A DNA stretch of 64,000 nt from Candidatus Harrisonbacteria bacterium (GCA_016182295.1 JACOXP010000006.1:9298-73297), one strand, 5' to 3'; shown: positions 46,190 through 54,707, counted from the stretch's first letter. Translations and numbers: made by a program. Notes: generated by a model not told the origin, from the letters alone.

Positions 46190-47524
46190 TTATTTATGTG
46201 ATGTAAAAAGATATTTAACGGTTCGAAGAAGAATCAAAAAGTCCAAGGCGAGCGACCGATTTTTTAAATAATACATGTCATATTGTAGTTTTTCGTAAGC
46301 ATCTTCGATAGAAGCGCCATACTTGTAGTTAATCTGCGCCCATCCGGTGATTCCCGGGCGGACCAACAAGCGCAATTCGAAGTAAGGCACATCCTTTTTT
46401 AATTGACTTACAAACTCCGGCCGTTCCGGGCGAGGTCCGACGAAAGACAATTCTCCTCTGATGATATTCCAAAGCTGGGGTAGTTCATCGAGGTGGCTCT
46501 TGCGTAAAATTTTACCGATAGTTGTCACGCGGCTATCTTTGGTCACAGCCCATTGGGGCCCGGATTTTTCCGCGTCGAACTGCATGGTGCGAAATTTGTA
46601 GATCATGAAATCATGTTCGTTTTGGCCAGAGCGAGTCTGTTTATAAATAATAGGGCCCCGCGAAGTAAGGGCGATTAGAATAGAAATCAAGATGCTTACT
46701 GGCAGAAGAACTACGGAAAATACTACCGCTAACAGAAACTCAATTGGCCTTTTGAAAAATTCGTAAATTTTGTGACTTTTGGAAAGATTTTCCAAAAACC
46801 AGACTTCTTCGAGTTCGGCGAGCGGCAGTTTCTGAAAAACTTTTTCGTAAAGCGCGGCGAGATCCCAAACCTCTATTCCCGATACCATATTTTTGTAGAT
46901 GAGCCGAGCCGCTTTGGAATTCTTCTTGATGTGAGCGGGGACGACAATTAAATTTATTTTACTGTTGAGAATTATTTGGGCCAGATGATCGAATTCTTTA
47001 TCTTGCAGTCCCTCCTTCATCCAAAAACTTATTTCATAGCCAAGCTGGGGATTTTTTCCGATGTGATCGGCCAATTCCTCAACGGTTTTATTGTAGCCAA
47101 TCATCAGAATTCGATTTACGGGTCCGCCGGCGCTTAGGATATTATTGTAAAAACTTCGCCAAATATAACCGCCCAAACCGGAAAGCAGCACAACGATGAA
47201 AAGATTTATTTTTGGCGTGATGACAAAGGCGGGAATAAAGTAGAAAAGAATGGTGGCGATTACACCGTTGATAAAAACCAAAGTGGTAAAGCTTCTGCTG
47301 AAAGCCAGGTCATTTTTGAGAAAGCTTAGATCGTAAAGCCCACCGATATAAAAACCCAAAAGCCAGATGCCGAAAATAATCGTGAAGGGAACAAAATGAG
47401 TTTCTAAAATAACATCAGGAATACCTTGGTAGCGGAGGGTTAATGTCAAAAAAAACGACGCGTATAAAACGGCAATATCTCCAAAAAGGAGGATGAGTTG
47501 TTTCAGCTTGACGTGGATGCTCAT
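46190..47524 (-). CDS. Polyprenyl-phosphate hexose-1-phosphate transferase (WbaP/WcaJ/PglC-like bacterial sugar transferase)
   Basis: N-terminal TM helices plus C-terminal catalytic domain with DELPQLWN...VGPRPERPEF...PGITGWAQI motifs. Confidence 0.85.
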   Translation of the reverse strand: MSIHVKLKQLILLFGDIAVLYASFFLTLTLRYQGIPDVILETHFVPFTIIFGIWLLGFYIGGLYDLSFLKNDLAFSRSFTTLVFINGVIATILFYFIPAFVITPKINLFIVVLLSGLGGYIWRSFYNNILSAGGPVNRILMIGYNKTVEELADHIGKNPQLGYEISFWMKEGLQDKEFDHLAQIILNSKINLIVVPAHIKKNSKAARLIYKNMVSGIEVWDLAALYEKVFQKLPLAELEEVWFLENLSKSHKIYEFFKRPIEFLLAVVFSVVLLPVSILISILIALTSRGPIIYKQTRSGQNEHDFMIYKFRTMQFDAEKSGPQWAVTKDSRVTTIGKILRKSHLDELPQLWNIIRGELSFVGPRPERPEFVSQLKKDVPYFELRLLVRPGITGWAQINYKYGASIEDAYEKLQYDMYYLKNRSLALDFLILLRTVKYLFTSHK

Positions 47525-47547
47525 TCTGGATTTATATTAAGTAAAGC

Positions 47548-48249
47548 ATGGAAGAGAGTCAAAAACCGGTTAAAGACGCGTTGTTGCCCGGCAGCATCAT
47601 TGTTGCGGCGCTTTTGATTGCCGGTGCCCTTGTTTATAACACCGGATTAAAGAACGTTGGTAACCAGGCCAGTCTTGAAGAAAACACGAATACTTTCTCC
47701 GCCGAAGATCTTATTGACGATGATGTGATTTTGGGCGATCCCAACGCTCCGGTAACGATCGTGGAATTTGGCGACTATCAATGCCCTTTCTGCGCCAGAT
47801 TTTTTGCTCAAACGGAACCGCAAATTCGCGAGGAGTATATCAAAACAGGGAAGGCGAAAATGGTTTATCGCGATTTCGCTTTTCTTGGGCCGGAATCGTT
47901 AGCCGCCGCCAACGCTTCCCAGTGCGCTGCCGAGCAAGGAAAATTTTGGGCTTATCACGACCGGCTTTTTGAAACCGAACTAGCCGATGGCCGCGAACAC
48001 AACGGCAATCTCAATGCCACTCTTTTTAAATCATTGGCGGCCGAACTTGGTTTAGATCAAACAAAATTTAATTCCTGTCTTGCTTCTGAAAAATACAAAG
48101 ATGAAATCCAGAAAGATTACGATGATGGAATTGCCGCCGGAGTTCGGGGGACGCCGCACACCTTCATTAACGGCAAGCCCATTTCCGGCGCTTTATCATA
48201 TTCAAGCTTCAAGCAACTAATAGAAGAATCTTTGGCCGCCGCTCGATAA
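47548..48249 (+). CDS. DsbA-like thiol:disulfide oxidoreductase with N-terminal membrane anchor
   Basis: FGDYQCPFCARF (CxxC thioredoxin-fold active site) after an N-terminal TM segment. Confidence 0.75.
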   Translation: MEESQKPVKDALLPGSIIVAALLIAGALVYNTGLKNVGNQASLEENTNTFSAEDLIDDDVILGDPNAPVTIVEFGDYQCPFCARFFAQTEPQIREEYIKTGKAKMVYRDFAFLGPESLAAANASQCAAEQGKFWAYHDRLFETELADGREHNGNLNATLFKSLAAELGLDQTKFNSCLASEKYKDEIQKDYDDGIAAGVRGTPHTFINGKPISGALSYSSFKQLIEESLAAAR

Positions 48250-48273
48250 AAATCTTTCTCTTCAATATACTTA

Positions 48274-49755
48274 ATGATAATGCTCAAGCTTCCAAAGGAA
48301 GTTCAACAAACCGCTGAAAAATTATCTAAAGCTGGTTTTGAAGCTTATCTTGTCGGCGGCTGCCTGCGCGATTTAATCCTGAGCGGAGTCGAAGGACTTC
48401 CTACGGTTCCAAAAGATTGGGATTTAACTACTAATGCTAAACCGGAGGAAATTCAAAAACTTTTCCAAGACAGCGTTTATGAAAATCAATTCGGCACAGT
48501 TGGAATTAAGATAGATACTGATGAGCCTACTCTTAAAATCATTGAGGTAACAACTTTTCGCAAAGAGGGTAAATATAGCGACAAACGGCATCCCGACGAA
48601 ATTACTTTTGCCAAAAATGTCGAGGAGGATTTATCCCGCCGAGATTTTACGGTTAACGCCATTGCCCTAAAACTACCCGAAGAGAAAGAATTAGTAGATC
48701 CTTTTAACGGACAAGCCGATTTGAAAAAGAAAATTATCCGCGCGGTTGGCAATCCGACAGAGCGTTTTGAAGAAGACGCCTTGCGGATTTTGCGGGCGGT
48801 GCGGTTCGCGGCCCAACTTGGTTTTAAGATAGAGGAAAAAACTATTGATGCCGCCAAAAAACACGCTGGCCATCTTGAATTTATTTCCAAAGAGAGAATT
48901 CGTGATGAGCTTTCTAAGCTTTTAATTGCCGACGGCGCCGCCGAAGGCGTTGATCTTTTGCAAAAACTTGGAATCTTAAAGATTATCCTACCGGAACTGG
49001 AAAAGGGGGTTGGCGTCGGGCAAAACAAGCATCACATATACACGGTGTTTGAACACAATCGTCGTTCTCTCGAATACGCCGCTCAAAAAAAATTCCCGCT
49101 TGATTTGCGGATAGCATCGCTTCTGCACGACGTTGGAAAACCAAAAACCAAGCAGGGCGATGGTCCGGAAAGCACTTTTTACGGACATCAAGTTGTCGGG
49201 GAAAGAATGGTTTTGCAAATTATGGATCGTTTGCGTTTTCCCAAAGAAATGACGGAAAGGGTAGCGCTTTTAGTGCGAGAACATATGTTCGTTTATGATC
49301 CGGAGACCGTTTCACTGAAGGGCGTACGTCGTTTGATTAGCCGCGTTGGTCAGGAAAACGTTGATGATCTCATAAAATTGCGCGAAGCCGATCGCATCGG
49401 TTCCGGAGTGCCGAAAGCTCAGCCATATCGCCTCCGTTATCTTCAGGCGATGATAGAAAAAGTAAAGAAAGATCCGGTCGGTCCAAAAATGCTTAAACTA
49501 AACGGAGGAGACGTGATGAAAGAATTAAAAATTGATCCGGGCCCGAAAGTCGGCGCTATCCTAGCCCTATTATTAGAAGAAGTATTAGATGATCCGAAAC
49601 AAAATACGAAGAAATCTCTGTTAGAAAGAGTGTGGGAACTGGGAAAACTCCCCGAAAAAGAACTTGCTAAGCTTTCCGAGAAAGCGAAAAAATCCGCCGC
49701 CGAAGCTCAGAATCGAATTGACGCGGAAATTAAAAGCAAGTATTTTGTGAAGTAA
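48274..49755 (+). CDS. cca: CCA-adding enzyme (tRNA nucleotidyltransferase) with HD domain
   Basis: GFEAYLVGGCLRDLIL head-domain motif, RRDFTVNA, and an HD domain (LLHDVGKP). Confidence 0.8.
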   Translation: MIMLKLPKEVQQTAEKLSKAGFEAYLVGGCLRDLILSGVEGLPTVPKDWDLTTNAKPEEIQKLFQDSVYENQFGTVGIKIDTDEPTLKIIEVTTFRKEGKYSDKRHPDEITFAKNVEEDLSRRDFTVNAIALKLPEEKELVDPFNGQADLKKKIIRAVGNPTERFEEDALRILRAVRFAAQLGFKIEEKTIDAAKKHAGHLEFISKERIRDELSKLLIADGAAEGVDLLQKLGILKIILPELEKGVGVGQNKHHIYTVFEHNRRSLEYAAQKKFPLDLRIASLLHDVGKPKTKQGDGPESTFYGHQVVGERMVLQIMDRLRFPKEMTERVALLVREHMFVYDPETVSLKGVRRLISRVGQENVDDLIKLREADRIGSGVPKAQPYRLRYLQAMIEKVKKDPVGPKMLKLNGGDVMKELKIDPGPKVGAILALLLEEVLDDPKQNTKKSLLERVWELGKLPEKELAKLSEKAKKSAAEAQNRIDAEIKSKYFVK

Positions 49756-49787
49756 AGCGGGCTTGCCCGCCGTAGCTTTAGCAGAGA

Positions 49788-49858
49788 CGGGGTGTAGTAT
49801 ACCGGCAGTACGCGCGCTTCGGGTGCGTGAAGACCGGGTTCAATTCCCGGCACCCCGA
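49788..49858 (+). tRNA. tRNA-Pro (anticodon CGG), no genomically encoded CCA
   Basis: Hand-folded cloverleaf: acceptor CGGGGTG/CACCCCG, D-stem GTAT/GTAC, anticodon stem CGCGC/GCGTG with loop TTCGGGT (U33, CGG, G37), T-arm CCGGG-TTCAATT-CCCGG; discriminator A followed by CA. Confidence 0.8.
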
Positions 49859-49863
49859 CATTT

Positions 49864-50748
49864 ATGAAGTATGTAGTAACCGGAGGAGCCGGATTTATCG
49901 GCTCTCATCTTACAGACGAGTTAATTAATCAGGGCCACAAGGTGGTTGTTTTAGACAATCTTTCAACTGGAAAAAGAGAAAACGTAAATCCCAAAGCTGA
50001 ATTTGTCAAAGCCGATATTACCAAGCTCGCGGAAATGCGTCCTCATTTTTCCGGAGCGGACGGCGTTTTCCATGTCGCCGCTCTGCCGCGCGTGCAAGTT
50101 TCCATTGAAGATCCTGATAAGACGCATGATGTTAACGTCAACGGCACTTTAAACGTTTTGATCGCGGCCCGCGACGCGAAAATTAAAAGAATTGTTTACT
50201 CCGCTTCTTCATCCGCCTACGGCAATGTTGAAGCCATGCCATTGCGTGAAGATATGAAGCCAAAGCCGATGAGTCCTTATGGTCTTCAAAAATATATCGG
50301 CGAGGAATATGGCCGGCTCTTTTCCCTGCTTTATGGATTGGAAACCGTTTCATTGCGTTATTTTAATGTCTACGGCCCGCGAATGGCGGAAGCGGGGGCG
50401 TACCTTACTGTTATGAGAGTTTTTCTGAATCAGAAAAATGCCTCAACGCCGATGACGATTGTCGGAGATGGCGAACAAACAAGGGATTTCACTCATGTCT
50501 ATGATGTTGTTAGGGCAAACCTTTTGGCAATGAACGGCGATAAAGTCGGTAAGGGAGAAGTCATTAATATAGGAGGGGGTAAAAATTATAGCGTTAATCA
50601 AATCGCGACTTTAGTTGGCGGTCCCAAGATTCACGTTGATCCTAGAATAGAACCAAGGCATACCCTGGCCGACAATTCCCTTGCTAAAAAATTACTTGGT
50701 TGGGAACCGAAGATGAATCTCGAAAAAGAAATCGCAACCCTATTGTAA
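49864..50748 (+). CDS. NAD-dependent sugar epimerase (GalE/WbpP-like)
   Basis: YVVTGGAGFIGSHLTDEL; SSSSAYG; YGLQK catalytic pair. Confidence 0.8.
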   Translation: MKYVVTGGAGFIGSHLTDELINQGHKVVVLDNLSTGKRENVNPKAEFVKADITKLAEMRPHFSGADGVFHVAALPRVQVSIEDPDKTHDVNVNGTLNVLIAARDAKIKRIVYSASSSAYGNVEAMPLREDMKPKPMSPYGLQKYIGEEYGRLFSLLYGLETVSLRYFNVYGPRMAEAGAYLTVMRVFLNQKNASTPMTIVGDGEQTRDFTHVYDVVRANLLAMNGDKVGKGEVINIGGGKNYSVNQIATLVGGPKIHVDPRIEPRHTLADNSLAKKLLGWEPKMNLEKEIATLL

Positions 50749-50799
50749 AGCCCTTGTTTTTGTAATAGTATCGGCAATAAGTTCTTTTAGAGGTGAATA

Positions 50800-51738
50800 A
50801 TGGTTTGGGTATCGGCAGTGGCGACTGCGATAGTGCCTTTGGTATTGGTTTATGTTTTTATCAGTGAAAAATTGAGGAGCAGGGTTGGTGAGTGGCTGGC
50901 TAAAGATTGGGCAAACCTGTTGGTTGTTTATTTTTTTGTAATCATCACTTACAGTCACTTCGCCTTCGTTAGCAACCAATTTGACCTTCGCGCTTATTTG
51001 AGCGTTTTATTGTATCTTGGCTTGCCGGTTTTTCTCTTTATGTTTTTAAGAAAAGAGGATATCCGGCGGTCTTCCCCAAGAGTTTTCTATTTTCTGTTGG
51101 CAATTTTTGTCTTAATGCTCTGGATCCCGATGGAATTAAAATGGGTTGAGCGAAAATGGGTGGAAGCGCCAATTAGAGATAAATCGTTCGGCCTTCCAAG
51201 CACGATGTATTGCGCCATTCTTTTGGGAATGTTTATTTTTACCGAATGGTTCGACCTCGATCTTAATTGTCGTTGGCGTTGGCGATGGAATCATTTGCTG
51301 TGGGTTTTGGGAACACTGGCCGTTTTATTGGTTGTTTTATTGCCGATGGCGGCCCGCGTTGATTTCGTGAAATTCGAAATCTGGGATGTTGTGGAACAAC
51401 ATCCTTGGGTGCCGCTGATGCTCTTCCCGCTTTTTTTAATAACTCCGGCCATTGGCGAAGAATTGATTTACCGCGGTGTTATTCAAAGTGTTTTGGAAAA
51501 GAAATGGGGAATCTGGATAGCGCTTTTTATCCAGGCGGGTATTTTTGGCTTCGCGCATATCAACAACAAGGCGGGCGGTTACAATTTTCCAAACTGGTCA
51601 TATGTTTGCTTTGCGACAATAGCTGGATTGGGTTATGGGATCGTTTTCTGGCGAACCCGTTCGCTTCTTGCTTCTGCCAGTCTCCACGCTTTAGTTGATC
51701 TTCTTTGGAAAACCTTTTTCAAAGGGGATGGTGGGTAA
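50800..51738 (+). CDS. CPBP-family (CAAX/Abi) intramembrane metalloprotease
   Basis: EELIYRGVIQ (EExxxR), FGFAHINN (FxxxH) and HALVD motifs in TM helices. Confidence 0.75.
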   Translation: MVWVSAVATAIVPLVLVYVFISEKLRSRVGEWLAKDWANLLVVYFFVIITYSHFAFVSNQFDLRAYLSVLLYLGLPVFLFMFLRKEDIRRSSPRVFYFLLAIFVLMLWIPMELKWVERKWVEAPIRDKSFGLPSTMYCAILLGMFIFTEWFDLDLNCRWRWRWNHLLWVLGTLAVLLVVLLPMAARVDFVKFEIWDVVEQHPWVPLMLFPLFLITPAIGEELIYRGVIQSVLEKKWGIWIALFIQAGIFGFAHINNKAGGYNFPNWSYVCFATIAGLGYGIVFWRTRSLLASASLHALVDLLWKTFFKGDGG

Positions 51739-52367
51739 TGAGTAATCGAAAATGGATTTTTCTGGAAGCGATGGGATTTTTTATTTTGGTAATGGCAATT
51801 ATCTGGTTTAGTAAATCAATTGTCAAAGAAGATTTTAAGTGGATTGCTGGCGCCCCGATTCTACTTTGGGTGATTATCAGCTGGAAACGGCGCGGCGATG
51901 AGTTTGATTCCATCGGCATTAAGAAAGAAACCGTCCCTTTTTGGATTTTCACTTCGGCATTGCTGGTCATTATTTTTACGTTAGCGTTTGGTGGAAATCC
52001 GGAAGTTTTTGGAAGGCCTGATCTTTGGAAGAAGGTGTTTGCCAAATTGGGTTATCCGTTCTGGGCTCTGATTCAGCAACTGTTGCTTCAAGGCTATTTG
52101 ACTAATCGGTTGAATCAATCTCTAGAGAAACATTGGCTTGCCTCTCTTGCTTCCGGCGCGTTTTTCGCCGCTGTTCATTTCCCGAACCCCCTTTTAATGT
52201 CCGGTTGTTTCGTGCTTGGCGTTGGTACCGCTTATTATTTTTTGAAAAGCCGCAACCTTTATGTGATCGCCTTTGCTCACGGAATTCTTGGAACGTTTCT
52301 GAAGTATTTGCTTTCCCAGGATTGGCTTGAGAATGGAATGCGTGTCGGCCCCGGATTTTGGAAGTAA
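51705..52367 (+). CDS. CPBP-family-like membrane protein with degenerate first motif
   Basis: AAVHFPNP and FAHGILG resemble CPBP motifs 2/3, but the EExxxR position reads QQLLLQGYLTNR. Confidence 0.5.
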   Translation: MENLFQRGWWVMSNRKWIFLEAMGFFILVMAIIWFSKSIVKEDFKWIAGAPILLWVIISWKRRGDEFDSIGIKKETVPFWIFTSALLVIIFTLAFGGNPEVFGRPDLWKKVFAKLGYPFWALIQQLLLQGYLTNRLNQSLEKHWLASLASGAFFAAVHFPNPLLMSGCFVLGVGTAYYFLKSRNLYVIAFAHGILGTFLKYLLSQDWLENGMRVGPGFWK

Positions 52368-52396
52368 AAGCCTCGTCTAATGACGAGGCTTTTTAT
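52366..52396 (+). terminator. Rho-independent terminator
   Basis: aaagcctcgtc taat gacgaggcttttt, a perfect 10-bp stem plus T-run, immediately after the stop at 52367. Confidence 0.8.
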
Positions 52397-52399
52397 AAC

Positions 52400-52428
52400 T
52401 TGACTTTGCTACATGAAGGGTATATAAT
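52400..52428 (+). promoter_or_regulatory. Consensus sigma-70-type promoter (TTGACT-N17-TATAAT)
   Basis: TTGACT at 52400-52405, a 17-nt spacer, TATAAT at 52423-52428; about 100-nt leader to the ATG at 52531. Confidence 0.6.
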
Positions 52429-52530
52429 ACGTACAAGTTTAGTTAGAGAAGAGGAGCTTAATCCCTTTTGCTCGACTAGGCGAAAGGGCGAAAAGCGTCT
52501 CCTTAAACAAGAGACAAAAATTAAAAATAA

Positions 52531-52722
52531 ATGGAATTTAATAATTCCGGACCTCGCAAGATGGTGCAAGGCAACTGGCACTGCGCCAAATGCAATGGCC
52601 CGATCACCGAACTTCCGTTCGAGCCTGATCCGGCCCGCTTGGACAAGCTCCTTTGCCGAGATTGCCATCGAGCGCGCGTCCAATCTTTTCGTGGCCCCCG
52701 CCGATTCGGCGGTGACCGCTAA
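52531..52722 (+). CDS. Small zinc-ribbon protein (CxxC...CxxC), function unknown
   Basis: 63 aa with WHCAKCNG...LLCRDCH; bracketed by its own consensus promoter and terminator; locally elevated GC. Confidence 0.45.
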   Translation: MEFNNSGPRKMVQGNWHCAKCNGPITELPFEPDPARLDKLLCRDCHRARVQSFRGPRRFGGDR

Positions 52723-52725
52723 AGC

Positions 52726-52760
52726 CAACAACCCCGCCAACTGGCGGGGTTTTGGTTTTT
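52726..52760 (+). terminator. Rho-independent terminator
   Basis: aaccccgcc aact ggcggggtt followed by TTGGTTTTT. Confidence 0.75.
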
Positions 52761-52953
52761 GACAAATTCTATTATGCTTTATAATAAGGTTATGAAATTA
52801 TTGTCGTTGGGAGTAACGATCGCCGGTCTTTGGTTAATCGTCTCCCCTTGGATTTTAGGCTATTGGAAAGTTTCGTCGGCGCTTTGGAGTCAGGTCGTAG
52901 CCGGCGTGGTAATAATGCTGCTGTCTATGTGGCAGCTGGCAGGAAAAGAATAA
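52759..52953 (+). CDS. Small two-TM membrane protein with SPW motif
   Basis: LWLIVSPWILGYW matches SPW-repeat small membrane proteins. Confidence 0.45.
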   Translation: MTNSIMLYNKVMKLLSLGVTIAGLWLIVSPWILGYWKVSSALWSQVVAGVVIMLLSMWQLAGKE

Positions 52954-52954
52954 A

Positions 52955-53191
52955 ATGACAAAAAACATTAAAATTTATTCAACCCCAACTTGTGTTTATT
53001 GCAAGATGGCTAAGGAGTTTTTCAAGAAGAACAATGTCGAATACACCGAATTCAACGTTGCCGAAGATGAGAAGGCGCGGGAGGAAATGGTGCAGAAATC
53101 ACAGCAACTCGGAGTGCCGGTGATCGATATTGACGGTAAAATTACCGTCGGGTTCAATGAATCGGAGCTTAAAAAAGCTTTAAACTTATAA
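52955..53191 (+). CDS. NrdH/glutaredoxin-like small redoxin
   Basis: IKIYSTPTCVYCKMAKEFF (CxxC thioredoxin fold, about 78 aa). Confidence 0.75.
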   Translation: MTKNIKIYSTPTCVYCKMAKEFFKKNNVEYTEFNVAEDEKAREEMVQKSQQLGVPVIDIDGKITVGFNESELKKALNL

Positions 53192-53259
53192 AATGTACGA
53201 TTTAGTAATTATTGGAGGCCCGCCCCGCCTCGGCGGGGCGAGGCTCGCCCGCTTACAAC

Positions 53260-54207
53260 ATGATGTATGATTTGGTGATAGTGGGCGGCGGTCCGGGCGG
53301 GGCCGCAGCTGGAGTTTACGCGGCCAGAAAAAAAATGAAAGTCGCTTTGATAACCGAATCCTTCGGCGGACAATCGGTTGTTTCAGCCGGTATTGAAAAT
53401 TGGATTGGCACGAAGTCCGTTTCCGGCCTGGATTTCGCCAAAATGCTGGAAGAGCATTTGCGAGCCCAGGAAGATATTGATCTTCTCCAGCCGGACTTGG
53501 TTGAAAAAGTTGAAAAAGCCAAAAACGGCTTTACTATTTCCACCAAAGAAGGAAAGAAACTGGAAACCAAAACAATTTTGGTGACTACCGGAAGTAGCCG
53601 GAAGAAACTGGGCGTACCGGGAGAAAAAGAGCTTGACGCCAAAGGAGTTTCTTATTGTTCCACCTGCGACGCGCCCATTTTTAAAAATAAAGTTGTAGCC
53701 GTCATCGGCGGCGGCAATGCCGGTTTAGAAGCCGTTGTGGATTTACTTGCTTACGCCACCAAAGTTTATCTGTTGGAATACGGCGATAAATTAAAAGGAG
53801 ATCCGATAACACAGGAAAAAATTGAAAAAGACAAAAAAGTGGAGATTATTCTCAACGCTCAGACCACAAAAATTTTGGGCGATAAATTCGTCGCCGGTTT
53901 TAAATACAAAGATTTAAAAAGCGGTCAGGAGAAGGAATTAAAGTTAGACGGTATTTTTGTTGAAATCGGCGCCGTGCCCAATATCAGTTTCGTCAAAGAT
54001 TTGGTTAAGTTAAGCGCTTACGGAGAAATTGCCGTTGATCACAAAACTCAGCAAACTTCCCAGCCGGGCATTTGGGCGGCGGGAGATTCCAGCGATGTCT
54101 TATACAAGCAAAACAATATTTCCGCCGGCGATGCCGTTAAAGCCGTTCTCAATATCTACGAAACTCTCAACAAAGAAGGCGGGACGAGGGGCGGCTATAC
54201 CAAGTAA
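53260..54207 (+). CDS. trxB: Thioredoxin-disulfide reductase
   Basis: YDLVIVGGGPGGAAAGVYAAR FAD motif; redox-active CSTCD; second GGGNAG dinucleotide motif. Start taken at the MMYD methionine; the tabulated ORF begins 48 nt earlier inside a GC-rich insert. Confidence 0.8.
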   Translation: MMYDLVIVGGGPGGAAAGVYAARKKMKVALITESFGGQSVVSAGIENWIGTKSVSGLDFAKMLEEHLRAQEDIDLLQPDLVEKVEKAKNGFTISTKEGKKLETKTILVTTGSSRKKLGVPGEKELDAKGVSYCSTCDAPIFKNKVVAVIGGGNAGLEAVVDLLAYATKVYLLEYGDKLKGDPITQEKIEKDKKVEIILNAQTTKILGDKFVAGFKYKDLKSGQEKELKLDGIFVEIGAVPNISFVKDLVKLSAYGEIAVDHKTQQTSQPGIWAAGDSSDVLYKQNNISAGDAVKAVLNIYETLNKEGGTRGGYTK

Positions 54208-54263
54208 CTTTTTCTAGAGACCCCTTTTACATCAAAAAATAAAAGGAGTAGTATTGAAACAAT

Positions 54264-54707
54264 ATGAATAAACTTAAATTATTGGGTATTGCCGGCATTG
54301 TCATTGTCATTGTCATTATTGGCGGAATTTTCCTTTTCCGGGGGTCGGAAAATTTGCCGATGGATATCGGAGCTAACAGCGCCGATGAAACAATGAATGA
54401 AGTTGTGGACGCGATTCGAGATGAGAATATTGATCGGGCCGAGCGTTATTTTGTTTCCGCCAACGAAGAGGGCAGGGCGACTTGGAAAGAAATTTTGCGG
54501 GTTAATAAAGACCGCGACCTTATGGAGGAAATGGCCAACGGAATCGGATCTTCGGAATTTTTCAAAAAGATTTCTGACACCGAGGAGCAGTATCTTATGA
54601 CTGACCAGCTTGGCACAGCCGGACTTTTAATCGGATTGATCTTCAATCCGGAAATTTCTGCTTGGCAGATCAACTCCCTTGTCAGAGTAGAAATCAGTCA
54701 ACAATAA
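54264..54707 (+). CDS. Hypothetical protein with N-terminal TM anchor
   Basis: ORF with a single N-terminal hydrophobic helix; paralogous in style to 55446-55925. Confidence 0.35.
   Translation: MNKLKLLGIAGIVIVIVIIGGIFLFRGSENLPMDIGANSADETMNEVVDAIRDENIDRAERYFVSANEEGRATWKEILRVNKDRDLMEEMANGIGSSEFFKKISDTEEQYLMTDQLGTAGLLIGLIFNPEISAWQINSLVRVEISQQ

Noticed and set aside
48486-49028. 180-aa minus-strand ORF antisense to the CCA-adding enzyme gene
   Set aside because: The + strand gene carries unmistakable nucleotidyltransferase and HD motifs. The antisense ORF is Ser-rich with no motifs.
52430-52530. Leader region considered as SRP RNA, RNase P RNA, tmRNA or 6S RNA
   Set aside because: None of the universally conserved motifs of these RNAs could be found by eye (no GGAAAGTCC-type RNase P box, no SRP domain IV consensus, no tag-peptide reading frame). 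Left as an unassigned structured leader.
52358-52762. 134-aa + strand ORF and the antisense 115-aa ORF spanning the terminator/promoter/leader region
   Set aside because: They run straight through a perfect terminator hairpin and a consensus promoter. The conserved-looking zinc-ribbon ORF in another frame, with its own terminator, explains the region better.
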